Origin: Chloroflexota bacterium
GTDB lineage: Bacteria > Chloroflexota > Limnocylindria > P2-11E
DNA: 50,561 bases
Assembly (NCBI GenBank): GCA_005880575.1
Contig: VBIZ01000118.1
Span: forward strand, 1-50,561
Direction: 5' to 3'
The notes under the pieces were generated by a model. The model did not search any database and was not told where the DNA came from. It saw only the letters and a program-made list of their open reading frames with translations. This document shows, one piece after another, positions 27,735-36,484 of this stretch; within the stretch, counting starts at the first letter, position 1, and each line of letters opens with the position of its first letter. The position numbers and the translations under genes were made by a program.

Positions 27735-28873
27735 ACGTGGACACGACGTTCTGGGGGACACGCCAGACCGGCGTGGCGGCGCTCGAGCGCGAGCTCACGC
27801 GCCTGCGTCGCGCGCAGAGCGCCCACGCCCGCGAGCTCGGTCGGCCGATCGCGCGGGCCTCGGTGCTGAATCTCATCGTGTACGCCGAGCGCGAGGAGCA
27901 CGCTCGCCGCGCGGCGCGCAGCATCGCCGACCTCGCGCTGCGGCACCCGTCGCGCGCGATCGTCGTGCTCGCCGACCGCGGCGCGCGCGAGGGAGTCGAA
28001 CAACGCATCGAGATGCACTGCCGGCTACCGATCGCGGACGGCGCGCGACTCGTGTGCTACGAGCAGATCCTCGTCCGCGCGCGCGGCGACGTCGACGACC
28101 GCCTCGCGTCCGCGCTCATCCCGCTTCTCGTGCCTGATCTGCCGGTCTTCCTCTGGTGGACGGGGACACCGCCGCTCGGCTCGCGGTCGTTCGCGGATCT
28201 CCTGCGTCTCGCCGATCGGCTCCTCGTCGACTCCGCCGATTTCGCGCGACCCGAGCTGACGCTGCCCGTCATCGCGCGCATCTCGGATGACGCGCGTGGA
28301 CGATTCGGCCTCACCGATCTCAATTGGACGCGGCTCACACCATGGCGCGAGATCGCGACATCGTTCTTCGACGTTCCCGCGTGGCGGTTCTTTCTGGACG
28401 GTATCACCGGGCTGCGTGTCGGTTTTGCCGTGGACATGGACGGTCGTGACATACATCCTTCGCAGGCGTTGCTGTTCGTGGGATGGCTGGCGTCGCGTCT
28501 CGGCTGGCGACCGCTCGAGGCGCTCGCTCCTTCAGAGGCCGGCGGGCTCCTGTTCGCGATCGCGCGTCCCGACAGCGCACGGATCATGGTCCGCGTGCGT
28601 CCGCGCTTCGAGCGCGGGCTCGACGAGGGCGACGTATCGGGGATCCGAATACAGGCGGCGAGTGGCCAGCAGCTCGCGGAGTTCGTCGTGAAGCGCCAGC
28701 CGAGTCCACGGCATCAGACTGCCACCGTCCTCCTGGACGGCGAGCGGCGATGGGAGCGCACCATGCCGCTTCCGTCGCCGGCCATCGTCGAGCTCATCGG
28801 TGAGGAGCTCTCGATCCTCGGAAGCGATCGCACGTATGAAAAGGCGCTCGACAGTCTTGTCGAGCTCGCCTAG
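27719..28873 (+). CDS. opcA: G6PD assembly/activator protein OpcA
   Basis: RASVLNL, HPSR, EQI, PLLVPDLPVFLWW, DLNWTRLTPWR; directly after zwf. Confidence 0.93.
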   Translation: MAEGVDVDTTFWGTRQTGVAALERELTRLRRAQSAHARELGRPIARASVLNLIVYAEREEHARRAARSIADLALRHPSRAIVVLADRGAREGVEQRIEMHCRLPIADGARLVCYEQILVRARGDVDDRLASALIPLLVPDLPVFLWWTGTPPLGSRSFADLLRLADRLLVDSADFARPELTLPVIARISDDARGRFGLTDLNWTRLTPWREIATSFFDVPAWRFFLDGITGLRVGFAVDMDGRDIHPSQALLFVGWLASRLGWRPLEALAPSEAGGLLFAIARPDSARIMVRVRPRFERGLDEGDVSGIRIQAASGQQLAEFVVKRQPSPRHQTATVLLDGERRWERTMPLPSPAIVELIGEELSILGSDRTYEKALDSLVELA

Positions 28874-28907
28874 TGGGTTAGCACACAAGTTGCGGACAGG
28901 CGATGGC

Positions 28908-30161
28908 ATGGCCAGCGAGAAGACCGGCGATCTTCGCGCGCCCGCGCAGGCGCGTCTGCTCGCCAACCGGTACCGGCTTCTCGAGCGCATCGATGAGGGC
29001 GGCGCCGGGGAGGTGTGGCGAGCACGCGACGAGAAGCTCGGCCGCGACGTCGCGATCAAGCTCCTCGGCCCCGACGCGGATGACGCCTTCCGCTCGCGCT
29101 TCGCTGATGAAGCGCGCCGTGCCGCGGCGGTGGTCCATCCGAACGTCGTCACGGTGTTCGACGAAGGCCGGGACGGCGCCGACGCGTTCATGGTCATGGA
29201 GCTCGTGCCGGGGAAAACGCTCCGCGACATCGTGGCCGAGCGCGGTCCCTTGCCCGCGCACGAGGTGGCGCGTCTCGTCCGGCAGGTCGCTGCGGCGCTC
29301 GACGCCGCTCATGCGGCCGGCGTGATCCACTGTGACGTGAAGCCGGCGAACGTCATCGTCGACCCCAAGGGCCTCGCGAAGCTCACCGACTTCGGGATCG
29401 CGCGGGCCGCGCGCGATCGTGACGAGCAGGAGCTCCTCGGAACGGCCCGATACATCGCGCCCGAGCGCGTCGAAGGTGGCCCGGTCACCGCGCGCACCGA
29501 TGTCTACGGACTCGGGCTCGTCGCGTACGAGCTCCTCACCGGAAGGCCCGCGTTCGACGGCGCGACGAGCGAAGAGCTCGTGCGCGAGCGGCTCCTCGGA
29601 CCGCCGCCGTCGCTGCGGCTCGCGCGGGTCGGCCTCGACGACCGCCTCGACGCGATCGTTGGACGCGCCCTTGCGACGTTGCCTGATCGGCGGTACGCAA
29701 GCGCCGGCGCCTTCGCGCGAGCGTTCTCGGACGTCGCCGATCGCGACAGCGATCCCACCTCGCTCCTTGGATCGATCGGACGCACACGCGACGCGCGCGG
29801 CTGGACGCTCCCGCGATTCGACAGCAGCGTCGCGATCCTTGCGGTGCTCGCGATCCTCTTCGCTCTCTTCCTCTTCTTCTCGTCCTTTCCAAAGGCGGCC
29901 GTCCCCGGTGCGAACCCGACCCCTGCCGCGAGCGCCGCCGTGGTAGGCACGCCGAACGTCGTCGGAAAGAAGCTCGCCGACGCGATCGCGGCGTTGCAAG
30001 CCGCCGGCTTTCCGGTGATCGAGTGGGGTCCGGCGCAGAGCCAGGGTGCGCCGTGCGCGGTGATACGTCAGGACCCGCCAGCCGGGACGGCGCTGGGGCG
30101 TGGCGCGAAGACGACCCTCGCGTATGTAGCCGGCAAGGACTGCACGCAGAAGGGAGACTAG
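28908..30161 (+). CDS. Hanks-type Ser/Thr kinase with TM and one PASTA domain
   Basis: GGAGEV, VAIK, HCDVKPAN, DFG, APE, DVYGLG; TM; PNVVG...VIRQDPPAG PASTA pattern. Confidence 0.93.
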   Translation: MASEKTGDLRAPAQARLLANRYRLLERIDEGGAGEVWRARDEKLGRDVAIKLLGPDADDAFRSRFADEARRAAAVVHPNVVTVFDEGRDGADAFMVMELVPGKTLRDIVAERGPLPAHEVARLVRQVAAALDAAHAAGVIHCDVKPANVIVDPKGLAKLTDFGIARAARDRDEQELLGTARYIAPERVEGGPVTARTDVYGLGLVAYELLTGRPAFDGATSEELVRERLLGPPPSLRLARVGLDDRLDAIVGRALATLPDRRYASAGAFARAFSDVADRDSDPTSLLGSIGRTRDARGWTLPRFDSSVAILAVLAILFALFLFFSSFPKAAVPGANPTPAASAAVVGTPNVVGKKLADAIAALQAAGFPVIEWGPAQSQGAPCAVIRQDPPAGTALGRGAKTTLAYVAGKDCTQKGD

Positions 30162-30163
30162 GG

Positions 30164-30961
30164 CTGGGAGCGCAAACGGCGGCACGCACCGACACGGGGC
30201 GCGTTCGCGAGAACAACGAAGACCGCTACCTCGTCCGCGAGGGAGGCAAGACGACCCTCATCGCGGTCGCCGACGGCGTCGGCGGCGAGGCGGGCGGCGA
30301 GCTCGCGAGCGCCGCCGCGGTCGATGCGCTGGCCGACGGTTTCTTCAGCACGCCGGCGGGCTCGATGACCCCGGCCGAGGCCCTCGCGGCGGCGATCCGC
30401 GGCGCGAACGACGCGGTGCTGGGCGCCGCGGGCAAGAGCGGACAGCAAGGAGCGGCGTCGACGCTCGTCGTGGCGGCGATCGCGGACGGCTCGGCCGCTA
30501 TCGGAAACCTCGGCGACAGCCGCGCCTACCTGCTACGCGACGGCGAGATCCGCCTGGTCACGGCCGACCACTCGGGCGAATACCAGAGCTCGATCACCAG
30601 ATTCGTCGGCGATCCGCGCGGCGTGCAGCCAGACGTGTTCCTCGAGGCGCTCCGTCCCGGTGACCGTCTTCTGCTGTGCTCCGATGGATTGACGCGTCAC
30701 GTCCCCGACGCTGAGATCGCGTCGACAGTGCGACGAACCGACCTCGACCGAGCGGCGACCGCCCTCATCGATCTCGCCAGGTCACGCGGCGGCGAGGACA
30801 ACATCACGGTCGTGCTCTATGCGGCGCGCCGCACGTTCGGCCTCGCGAGCCTGCGTCACAACGTCGTGAACCTCGTCCTTGCGCTGCTGACCGCGGTCGT
30901 CGTTGCCGGCGCGATCGCGGCACTCCTCTTCGCTAGCGGCGCATACCCGACCGCGCGGTAG
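30164..30961 (+). CDS. PP2C/PPM Ser/Thr phosphatase with C-terminal TM
   Basis: R..NED, VADGVGG, GDSRAY, LCSDGL, GGEDNIT. Probable CTG start 7 nt after GGGAG. Confidence 0.92.
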   Translation: MGAQTAARTDTGRVRENNEDRYLVREGGKTTLIAVADGVGGEAGGELASAAAVDALADGFFSTPAGSMTPAEALAAAIRGANDAVLGAAGKSGQQGAASTLVVAAIADGSAAIGNLGDSRAYLLRDGEIRLVTADHSGEYQSSITRFVGDPRGVQPDVFLEALRPGDRLLLCSDGLTRHVPDAEIASTVRRTDLDRAATALIDLARSRGGEDNITVVLYAARRTFGLASLRHNVVNLVLALLTAVVVAGAIAALLFASGAYPTAR

Positions 30962-33900
30962 CAAGGAGCCGGGAGAATCCCGGCGAGCTGCTCCACGAGA
31001 TGAGCGCCCCGACCGTCGCCGCGACCGCGAGGGCGAGAGCGACCCGTGCGAAGAGCGCGGAAAACGAGAACGACGACCCGATCGTCGGGTTGCAGACGAA
31101 CGTCGGATAGAACGTGCACTCGTACGTCCACGTCGGAAGGATGAAAAACATCCCGGCCTGGGCGCCCGGGAACGGCTGTGCCGAGATGAACGGATAGAAG
31201 TACGCGAACACCGCCGCGGCGATCGCGAGGTACCCGACAACGAGGCGGGCGCGACCGGTCTCCCACAGGTACGCGAGCCCCGCCGCGAGCGCGAGCAGGT
31301 AGAACGGCAGCACCGTGAAGAAGTGATAGAAGAACAGCACGCGTCCGATCGGAATCCAGGCGACGTACTGCGCCAGACCGGCGAACACGACCACGGCGAG
31401 CGGAACCGACCGCGCGCGGATCGCCGCGACGGCGCACCACCCGAACGCGACGATGCCGGCCCAGAAGAGCGCGACGTTGCCGGCGTCGTATATGTACGCG
31501 TTGTCGCCGCCGCCGGACGCGCCGAAGTACCAGTAGACGGGCTTCAGCACGAGCGGCCAGCTCCACCACGGCGACCCTGCGGGATGCGGAGCGGTCAGCC
31601 CCGAGTGGTACCAGTACATCTGCTGCGTGAGCTCCCAGAGGCTCCAGTTGTAGGGGATCGTCGGGCCGCCAAACCAGCGCACGTAGCTCGCGAGATAGAT
31701 GCCGGCGGGGATCGCGGCGAACGAGATGAAGAGGACGATCGCGTTCAATCCGCGCCGCGCGAAAAGGTCGAGCGGACCGCCGGAGCCGGGGTGTCCGCGC
31801 TCGTACGCGCGCGCCGTGACGGCGAGCGACGCAATCAGCATTCCGGCCAGCGCGTAAGCGCCGGCCCACTTCGCGGCGAGCGCGAACCCGAAGAGCGACC
31901 CCGCGATGACGATGTCGAGCGTCGCCCACCGTCGCGGCCGATGGGCCGCGATCACGAAGTACCAGCCCGCCACGATCAGTGTCGCGACGTAAATGTCGTT
32001 CATGCCGATCCGCGCCTGGGCAAACATCGAACCGTCCGCGAGCACCGCGACACCGACGAGCGCCGGGACGACCGTAGACGCGAAGAGCCGCCGGGCGAGG
32101 AGCACGAGGAGGAACGCGAGCACGGCGGCGAACAGGACCCCGGGCAGCCGCCACGCCAGCGCATGACGGCCGGTCTCGACGAGATCCGCGCCGTTCGCGC
32201 CGGCGACGACGAGCTTGTCGCCCTCACCGTCGACGCCGAGCAGAGTCCCGGTGACCGGGATGGACACGTACGGCGACGACCCGTGCGTTTCGACCACCAC
32301 GATGCGTCCTTCATCGAGTGCGTACAGGAAATCGGTGCGCGGGACGATCGCGAGTGCGGTCGCGCCCGTGGAGAAGGATCCCGTGCGCGCGTTCGCGAGC
32401 GAGACCGCCTCGTGCGAGCCGGACTCGAGCTCGAACACGTCGAGTGTCGGCGCGTCGGCGCGCGCGACGAAGATGCGGTTCGGGCCGAGCGCATACGCGA
32501 TCGCCGTACCGGGACGACCGCCGGTGAGCGCCCGCGTTTCCTGCCCGGTGTCCGCCGAGATGACATGCACGGTCCCCTGCGGGTCGAGGACGTAGAGCTC
32601 GCTGCCGTCCGTCTTCGCGGTGACCGCGACCGTCGCGACCGGTACGAGCGTCGGTTGGGCGTCGAGCGTCGCGTAGATCGCGAGCCCCGCCGGCGCGCCG
32701 ACGACCACACGGTCGCCCGCGAGCGACAGCGAGCGCGCTCCGCCGAACGGCAGCTGAACCGTTTGGAGCTGCGTGTTGCTCGGCGTCTCGGCGAAAGGCA
32801 CGACCACAAGCGATGTGGGGGTCATCACGATCGCGTGGTCGCCCTGGACGGCGATGGCAGATGCGGTATCGCCGAGATTCGCGCGGTCACCAGGACCTCC
32901 GCCACCGCGCGCCCAGACAGTGACGACGCCGTCACGCGACACATACGCGCGGGTGCCATCGCCGGAGACCGCGAAAGCCGCCGGACCATCTCGTGGCACG
33001 CTCTCCCGCCCGACGACTCGATCGTCGCCGAACGCGAGGATCCCGAGCGCCATGATCTCCTTCGCGAGGTGTGGGTGGGTCCACTCGTAGGGCTCGCGCT
33101 GCGCGAGAAGCTCGAACGCCGTCCGTGCGTGATACACCTCGTCGAAGTACATGTCGCGGGGCCAGTCCAGCCGGTAGCCTCGTGACGCGAGGACCGCGAG
33201 GGCGACGAGTGCGGCCACGGTCACGTCGCGACGGGTTGGCAGCCGACCCGGGCCGAGCCCAGGGGGTAGGACCCACGAGCGCTGCCGCGGCCGAGATACC
33301 GCGGCGACATCCCACGCCGTGTCGCTCTCGAGCCGCGTGTCGCCGCGGACGAGGCGCCACACCAGATAGGCGGCTGCGCCCATCATCACGACCGCGATCC
33401 CGATCTGCCCCGTCCGGCCGAAGAGGGTCGCCTCGATGATCTGCGGGACGCGCAGATCGACGTATTGCTCGTACCGCGTGAACGCGTAATAGAGCGAGAG
33501 CGCGAACGTGAGGGCGAGCACCAGGTACGGCACCAGCACGCGCCGGCGCGTGGCGGCGAGCGGCAATGCGAGCGCGAAGACCGGGAAGAGATAGCGCTCG
33601 TGCGCGCGCGTCGGCAGGAAGTAGAACGCGAGACCGGCGAAGACGGCGCACGCGAGGAGCGCGGCCGTATCGCGACGCCACCACAGTGGCAGCGCCGAAG
33701 CGACGACTCCGATCACGAGGAGGAGGCCACCCCAGACGACCAGACCGGCGTCCGGCTTCCAGAAGTCGAAGAAGACCGACCACCCGTTGAACGCGTAGAG
33801 CGACGTGTAGGGGTACGTCTCCGCGGCGCTGCGCACGAGCTGAACGAGCTCGGCCGCGATGCGCGTCGGGTCGGGTCCCCAAAACGGCACGCACAGCACA

Positions 33901-34544
33901 TAGGCGGTCGCGGCGGCGGCGCCCAGCGTCACGCCAAGCGCGCGCCACCGCGCCTCACGGACGAACTCGAACGCGGCGGCCGCCACGATGACGAGCAGCC
34001 CGATCCCGAACTGCGGCTTCACCAGCGCGGCGACTGCGCCGAGCGCGCCCGCGAGCCACCACCGCCGCGAGCCCGCGGCGAGGACGGAGGCGAAGAGCGG
34101 AAGTGTCCCGACCGCATCGACCTGGCCCCAATAGGTGCCCGCGAAGATCGCTCCCGGCTGAAGCGACCAGAGGGCGGCGGCGGCGATGCCCGGAGCGCGC
34201 CCCGCCGTGCGCCAGAGCACGCGCGCCGCGAGGATCGCGATGCCGATGTCGGCGGGTATGGTGATCGCCTTGACCGCGATGCGGAGAAGCTCGCCGTCGA
34301 AAAGGGCGCCGAGAAGCCAGAGGACGTACAGGAACGCGGGCGGGTAGTCGCTGAAATATCCCGGCTCGTAGAAGCGCGCGGGGCCGATCTGCGCGAGCCT
34401 CTCGGCCCACGCCTCGAATGTCCCCACGTCGGTCGGAAAACCCTGCGCGCGCACCGCGAGAAGCCGGATGAGCACACCGAGCGCGATCGCCGCGGCGACC
34501 ACAAGCTGCGCACGGCGGTCGCCGCGCTGCTGGTCCTCGTTCAT
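30933..34544 (-). CDS. Double GT-C glycosyltransferase: N-terminal GQVD/HERY-type module fused to a PMT (GT39)-like module with a large beta-rich insertion
   Basis: ATGA overlap at 34544. Module 1: DYPP, WGQVD, KPQ, HERY. Module 2: YFDEVYH, HPHLAK, WRLPG, RIGMND, KW.G, HPAGSPWWSWP, FFYH. Confidence 0.85.
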   Translation of the reverse strand: MNEDQQRGDRRAQLVVAAAIALGVLIRLLAVRAQGFPTDVGTFEAWAERLAQIGPARFYEPGYFSDYPPAFLYVLWLLGALFDGELLRIAVKAITIPADIGIAILAARVLWRTAGRAPGIAAAALWSLQPGAIFAGTYWGQVDAVGTLPLFASVLAAGSRRWWLAGALGAVAALVKPQFGIGLLVIVAAAAFEFVREARWRALGVTLGAAAATAYVLCVPFWGPDPTRIAAELVQLVRSAAETYPYTSLYAFNGWSVFFDFWKPDAGLVVWGGLLLVIGVVASALPLWWRRDTAALLACAVFAGLAFYFLPTRAHERYLFPVFALALPLAATRRRVLVPYLVLALTFALSLYYAFTRYEQYVDLRVPQIIEATLFGRTGQIGIAVVMMGAAAYLVWRLVRGDTRLESDTAWDVAAVSRPRQRSWVLPPGLGPGRLPTRRDVTVAALVALAVLASRGYRLDWPRDMYFDEVYHARTAFELLAQREPYEWTHPHLAKEIMALGILAFGDDRVVGRESVPRDGPAAFAVSGDGTRAYVSRDGVVTVWARGGGGPGDRANLGDTASAIAVQGDHAIVMTPTSLVVVPFAETPSNTQLQTVQLPFGGARSLSLAGDRVVVGAPAGLAIYATLDAQPTLVPVATVAVTAKTDGSELYVLDPQGTVHVISADTGQETRALTGGRPGTAIAYALGPNRIFVARADAPTLDVFELESGSHEAVSLANARTGSFSTGATALAIVPRTDFLYALDEGRIVVVETHGSSPYVSIPVTGTLLGVDGEGDKLVVAGANGADLVETGRHALAWRLPGVLFAAVLAFLLVLLARRLFASTVVPALVGVAVLADGSMFAQARIGMNDIYVATLIVAGWYFVIAAHRPRRWATLDIVIAGSLFGFALAAKWAGAYALAGMLIASLAVTARAYERGHPGSGGPLDLFARRGLNAIVLFISFAAIPAGIYLASYVRWFGGPTIPYNWSLWELTQQMYWYHSGLTAPHPAGSPWWSWPLVLKPVYWYFGASGGGDNAYIYDAGNVALFWAGIVAFGWCAVAAIRARSVPLAVVVFAGLAQYVAWIPIGRVLFFYHFFTVLPFYLLALAAGLAYLWETGRARLVVGYLAIAAAVFAYFYPFISAQPFPGAQAGMFFILPTWTYECTFYPTFVCNPTIGSSFSFSALFARVALALAVAATVGALISWSSSPGFSRLLATARSGMRR

Positions 34545-35731
34545 TGCCAATACTCGAATCGCGTGATCGCGATCGTGGCATAGATGTTTACGGCGAGCGA
34601 TAGAACGATCGCGAGGATGAAGATGGCCGTGGGCCGGCGGCGCCAGACCCCACGGAAGAGACCGTCCCCCGTGAGCGCCAGCGCGACGAGGAACGGTTGG
34701 GCATCGATGCTGAAGCGGTACCCGAACTGCTGGAATCCCACGGTGCCGTGAAAGAGGTCGGGCAGGAGCGCAAGCAACGCCGCGGTCGCGGTGGCGGCCA
34801 CGGCGACGTCGCGGCGGACCTCGCGAAGCGCCAGGAAGACCCATACGAATGCCGGCGTGGTGAGAAAGAGGCTCATGCCGATGAAGCGCGGGCGCGGGAA
34901 GAAGGGTGTTGCCGGGACAAAGTCGGGCGGCTCTAGAAAGATCGCTTTCAGCTGGCGCAGCAGGTACACGGGCGAGAAGAGCCCCTGATTGAAGAACACG
35001 TCGCCCTGGGTGAGCCGGGCGTACCCCTCATCGAGCGGCGTTCCCCATCTCAACAGGTTGTATCCCACATAGACGATGGCAAAGGGCAGGCCACCGGCGA
35101 CGACGGCGCCGAGAGCGCGCCCGTACCCCGTGCCGCTCCTCCGCGCGCAGAGCAGCGCGAGCGCCGGCGCGGCAAGCGCGACGGGCAGGCGGGCGAGTGC
35201 GGAGATACCGACGAGCGCGCCGACCGCGACGGCGCTGCCACCGCCCGCGGCGACGGCGAAGGCGAAGGACAAGAAGAGCATCGACGCCGAGTGGGCCGCA
35301 AACCAGGCTCGCCCGTCGACGCTCGAGAAGAGGAGCGTGGTCCCGAACGCGGAGAGGAGCGCGCCGGCGAGCGCGTACTTTCGCGGCGCGCCGTACGCCC
35401 GTAGCCCGTAATAAAGGACTCCAGCCGACGCCCCGCCGGCTATCCGGGACGCGACCACCTGCGCGACCGCCGTCGGAAAGAACGGCACGAACGGAAGCGA
35501 CAGGATCGCCGGCAGGGGCGGATAAACGACGCAGTAGCGCCCCTCGCCGCAGGAAAGGAGCTCGTTCAACCAGGGAGGCGCCTCGGTCAGCCACCAGCGG
35601 CCATGGAGGAACGCGTCCGCCAGGCGCCCGTAGTAGTCGTAGTCGGTGGTGAGACCGAGGCCGGCGGCCACGTAGATCCCGGCCGCGATCACACCGATCC
35701 ATATCGCGGCTGCTCTGTCCGACACGGTCAT
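34541..35731 (-). CDS. Polytopic membrane protein, probable GT-C glycosyltransferase
   Basis: About 10 TMs; acidic first loop (DYDYY), YPPLP, ARLP, GYRFSID. Confidence 0.7.
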   Translation of the reverse strand: MTVSDRAAAIWIGVIAAGIYVAAGLGLTTDYDYYGRLADAFLHGRWWLTEAPPWLNELLSCGEGRYCVVYPPLPAILSLPFVPFFPTAVAQVVASRIAGGASAGVLYYGLRAYGAPRKYALAGALLSAFGTTLLFSSVDGRAWFAAHSASMLFLSFAFAVAAGGGSAVAVGALVGISALARLPVALAAPALALLCARRSGTGYGRALGAVVAGGLPFAIVYVGYNLLRWGTPLDEGYARLTQGDVFFNQGLFSPVYLLRQLKAIFLEPPDFVPATPFFPRPRFIGMSLFLTTPAFVWVFLALREVRRDVAVAATATAALLALLPDLFHGTVGFQQFGYRFSIDAQPFLVALALTGDGLFRGVWRRRPTAIFILAIVLSLAVNIYATIAITRFEYWQ

Positions 35732-35761
35732 GCGACATCAACACGCTAACCTTGCGGGCCA

Positions 35762-36484
35762 GTGCCCGCACGGCTCGACAGCCTCTCCTTCTTTTTCCCG
35801 GCACTCAACGAAGAGGACAACGTCGCGCCGATCGTCGAAGAGGCACTGGTGGTTCTGCCGCGCTTCACCGACGACTTCGAGGTCACCGTCGTCGACGACG
35901 GGAGCAGCGACCGGACCGGCGCGATCGCCGACGATCTCGCGCGGAAGGACCCGCGCGTCCGGGTGATCCATCACGGGACCCGTCGCGGGTACGGCGGTGC
36001 CGTCCGCTCGGGCCTGCGCGCAGCCTCCAAGAACTGGATCTTCTTCACCGACGGCGACCGCCAGTTCGCGCTCGAAGACCTCGCGCTGCTCATCGCGGCG
36101 AGCGATGGCGTCGATGCGGTCGTCGGCTTCCGGAAGAAGCGCGCCGACCCGGCGCGGCGGCTTTTCGTTGCGTGGGTCTACAACCGCCTCATCCGCCTGG
36201 GGTTCGGCGGTGGCTGGCGCGACGTCGACTGCGCGTTCAAGCTCTTCAGAAGAGAGGTGTTCGAGCGCGTGCCGCTCGAGCGGGTGCGCTCCGAGGGTGC
36301 GTTCTTTTCCCCCGAGCTCTTGATCACGCTCCGCCGGGCCGGAATCCGCGTGCGTCAAGTCGGGGTGCGGCACTTTCCTCGCACCGCCCACGAGCCCAAG
36401 GGCGCCTCGCCGCGCGTGATCCTCCGCGCGATCCGCGACCTCCTGCGGCTACGCGCTCGCCTCTGGTTGCATCCAAACAGCTAG
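35762..36484 (+). CDS. GT2 glycosyltransferase, polyprenyl-phosphate sugar synthase (DPM/PPM synthase)-like
   Basis: FPALNEE, VVDDGSSD.T, GYGGA, TDGD.QF, DVDCAFKL. Confidence 0.9.
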   Translation: MPARLDSLSFFFPALNEEDNVAPIVEEALVVLPRFTDDFEVTVVDDGSSDRTGAIADDLARKDPRVRVIHHGTRRGYGGAVRSGLRAASKNWIFFTDGDRQFALEDLALLIAASDGVDAVVGFRKKRADPARRLFVAWVYNRLIRLGFGGGWRDVDCAFKLFRREVFERVPLERVRSEGAFFSPELLITLRRAGIRVRQVGVRHFPRTAHEPKGASPRVILRAIRDLLRLRARLWLHPNS

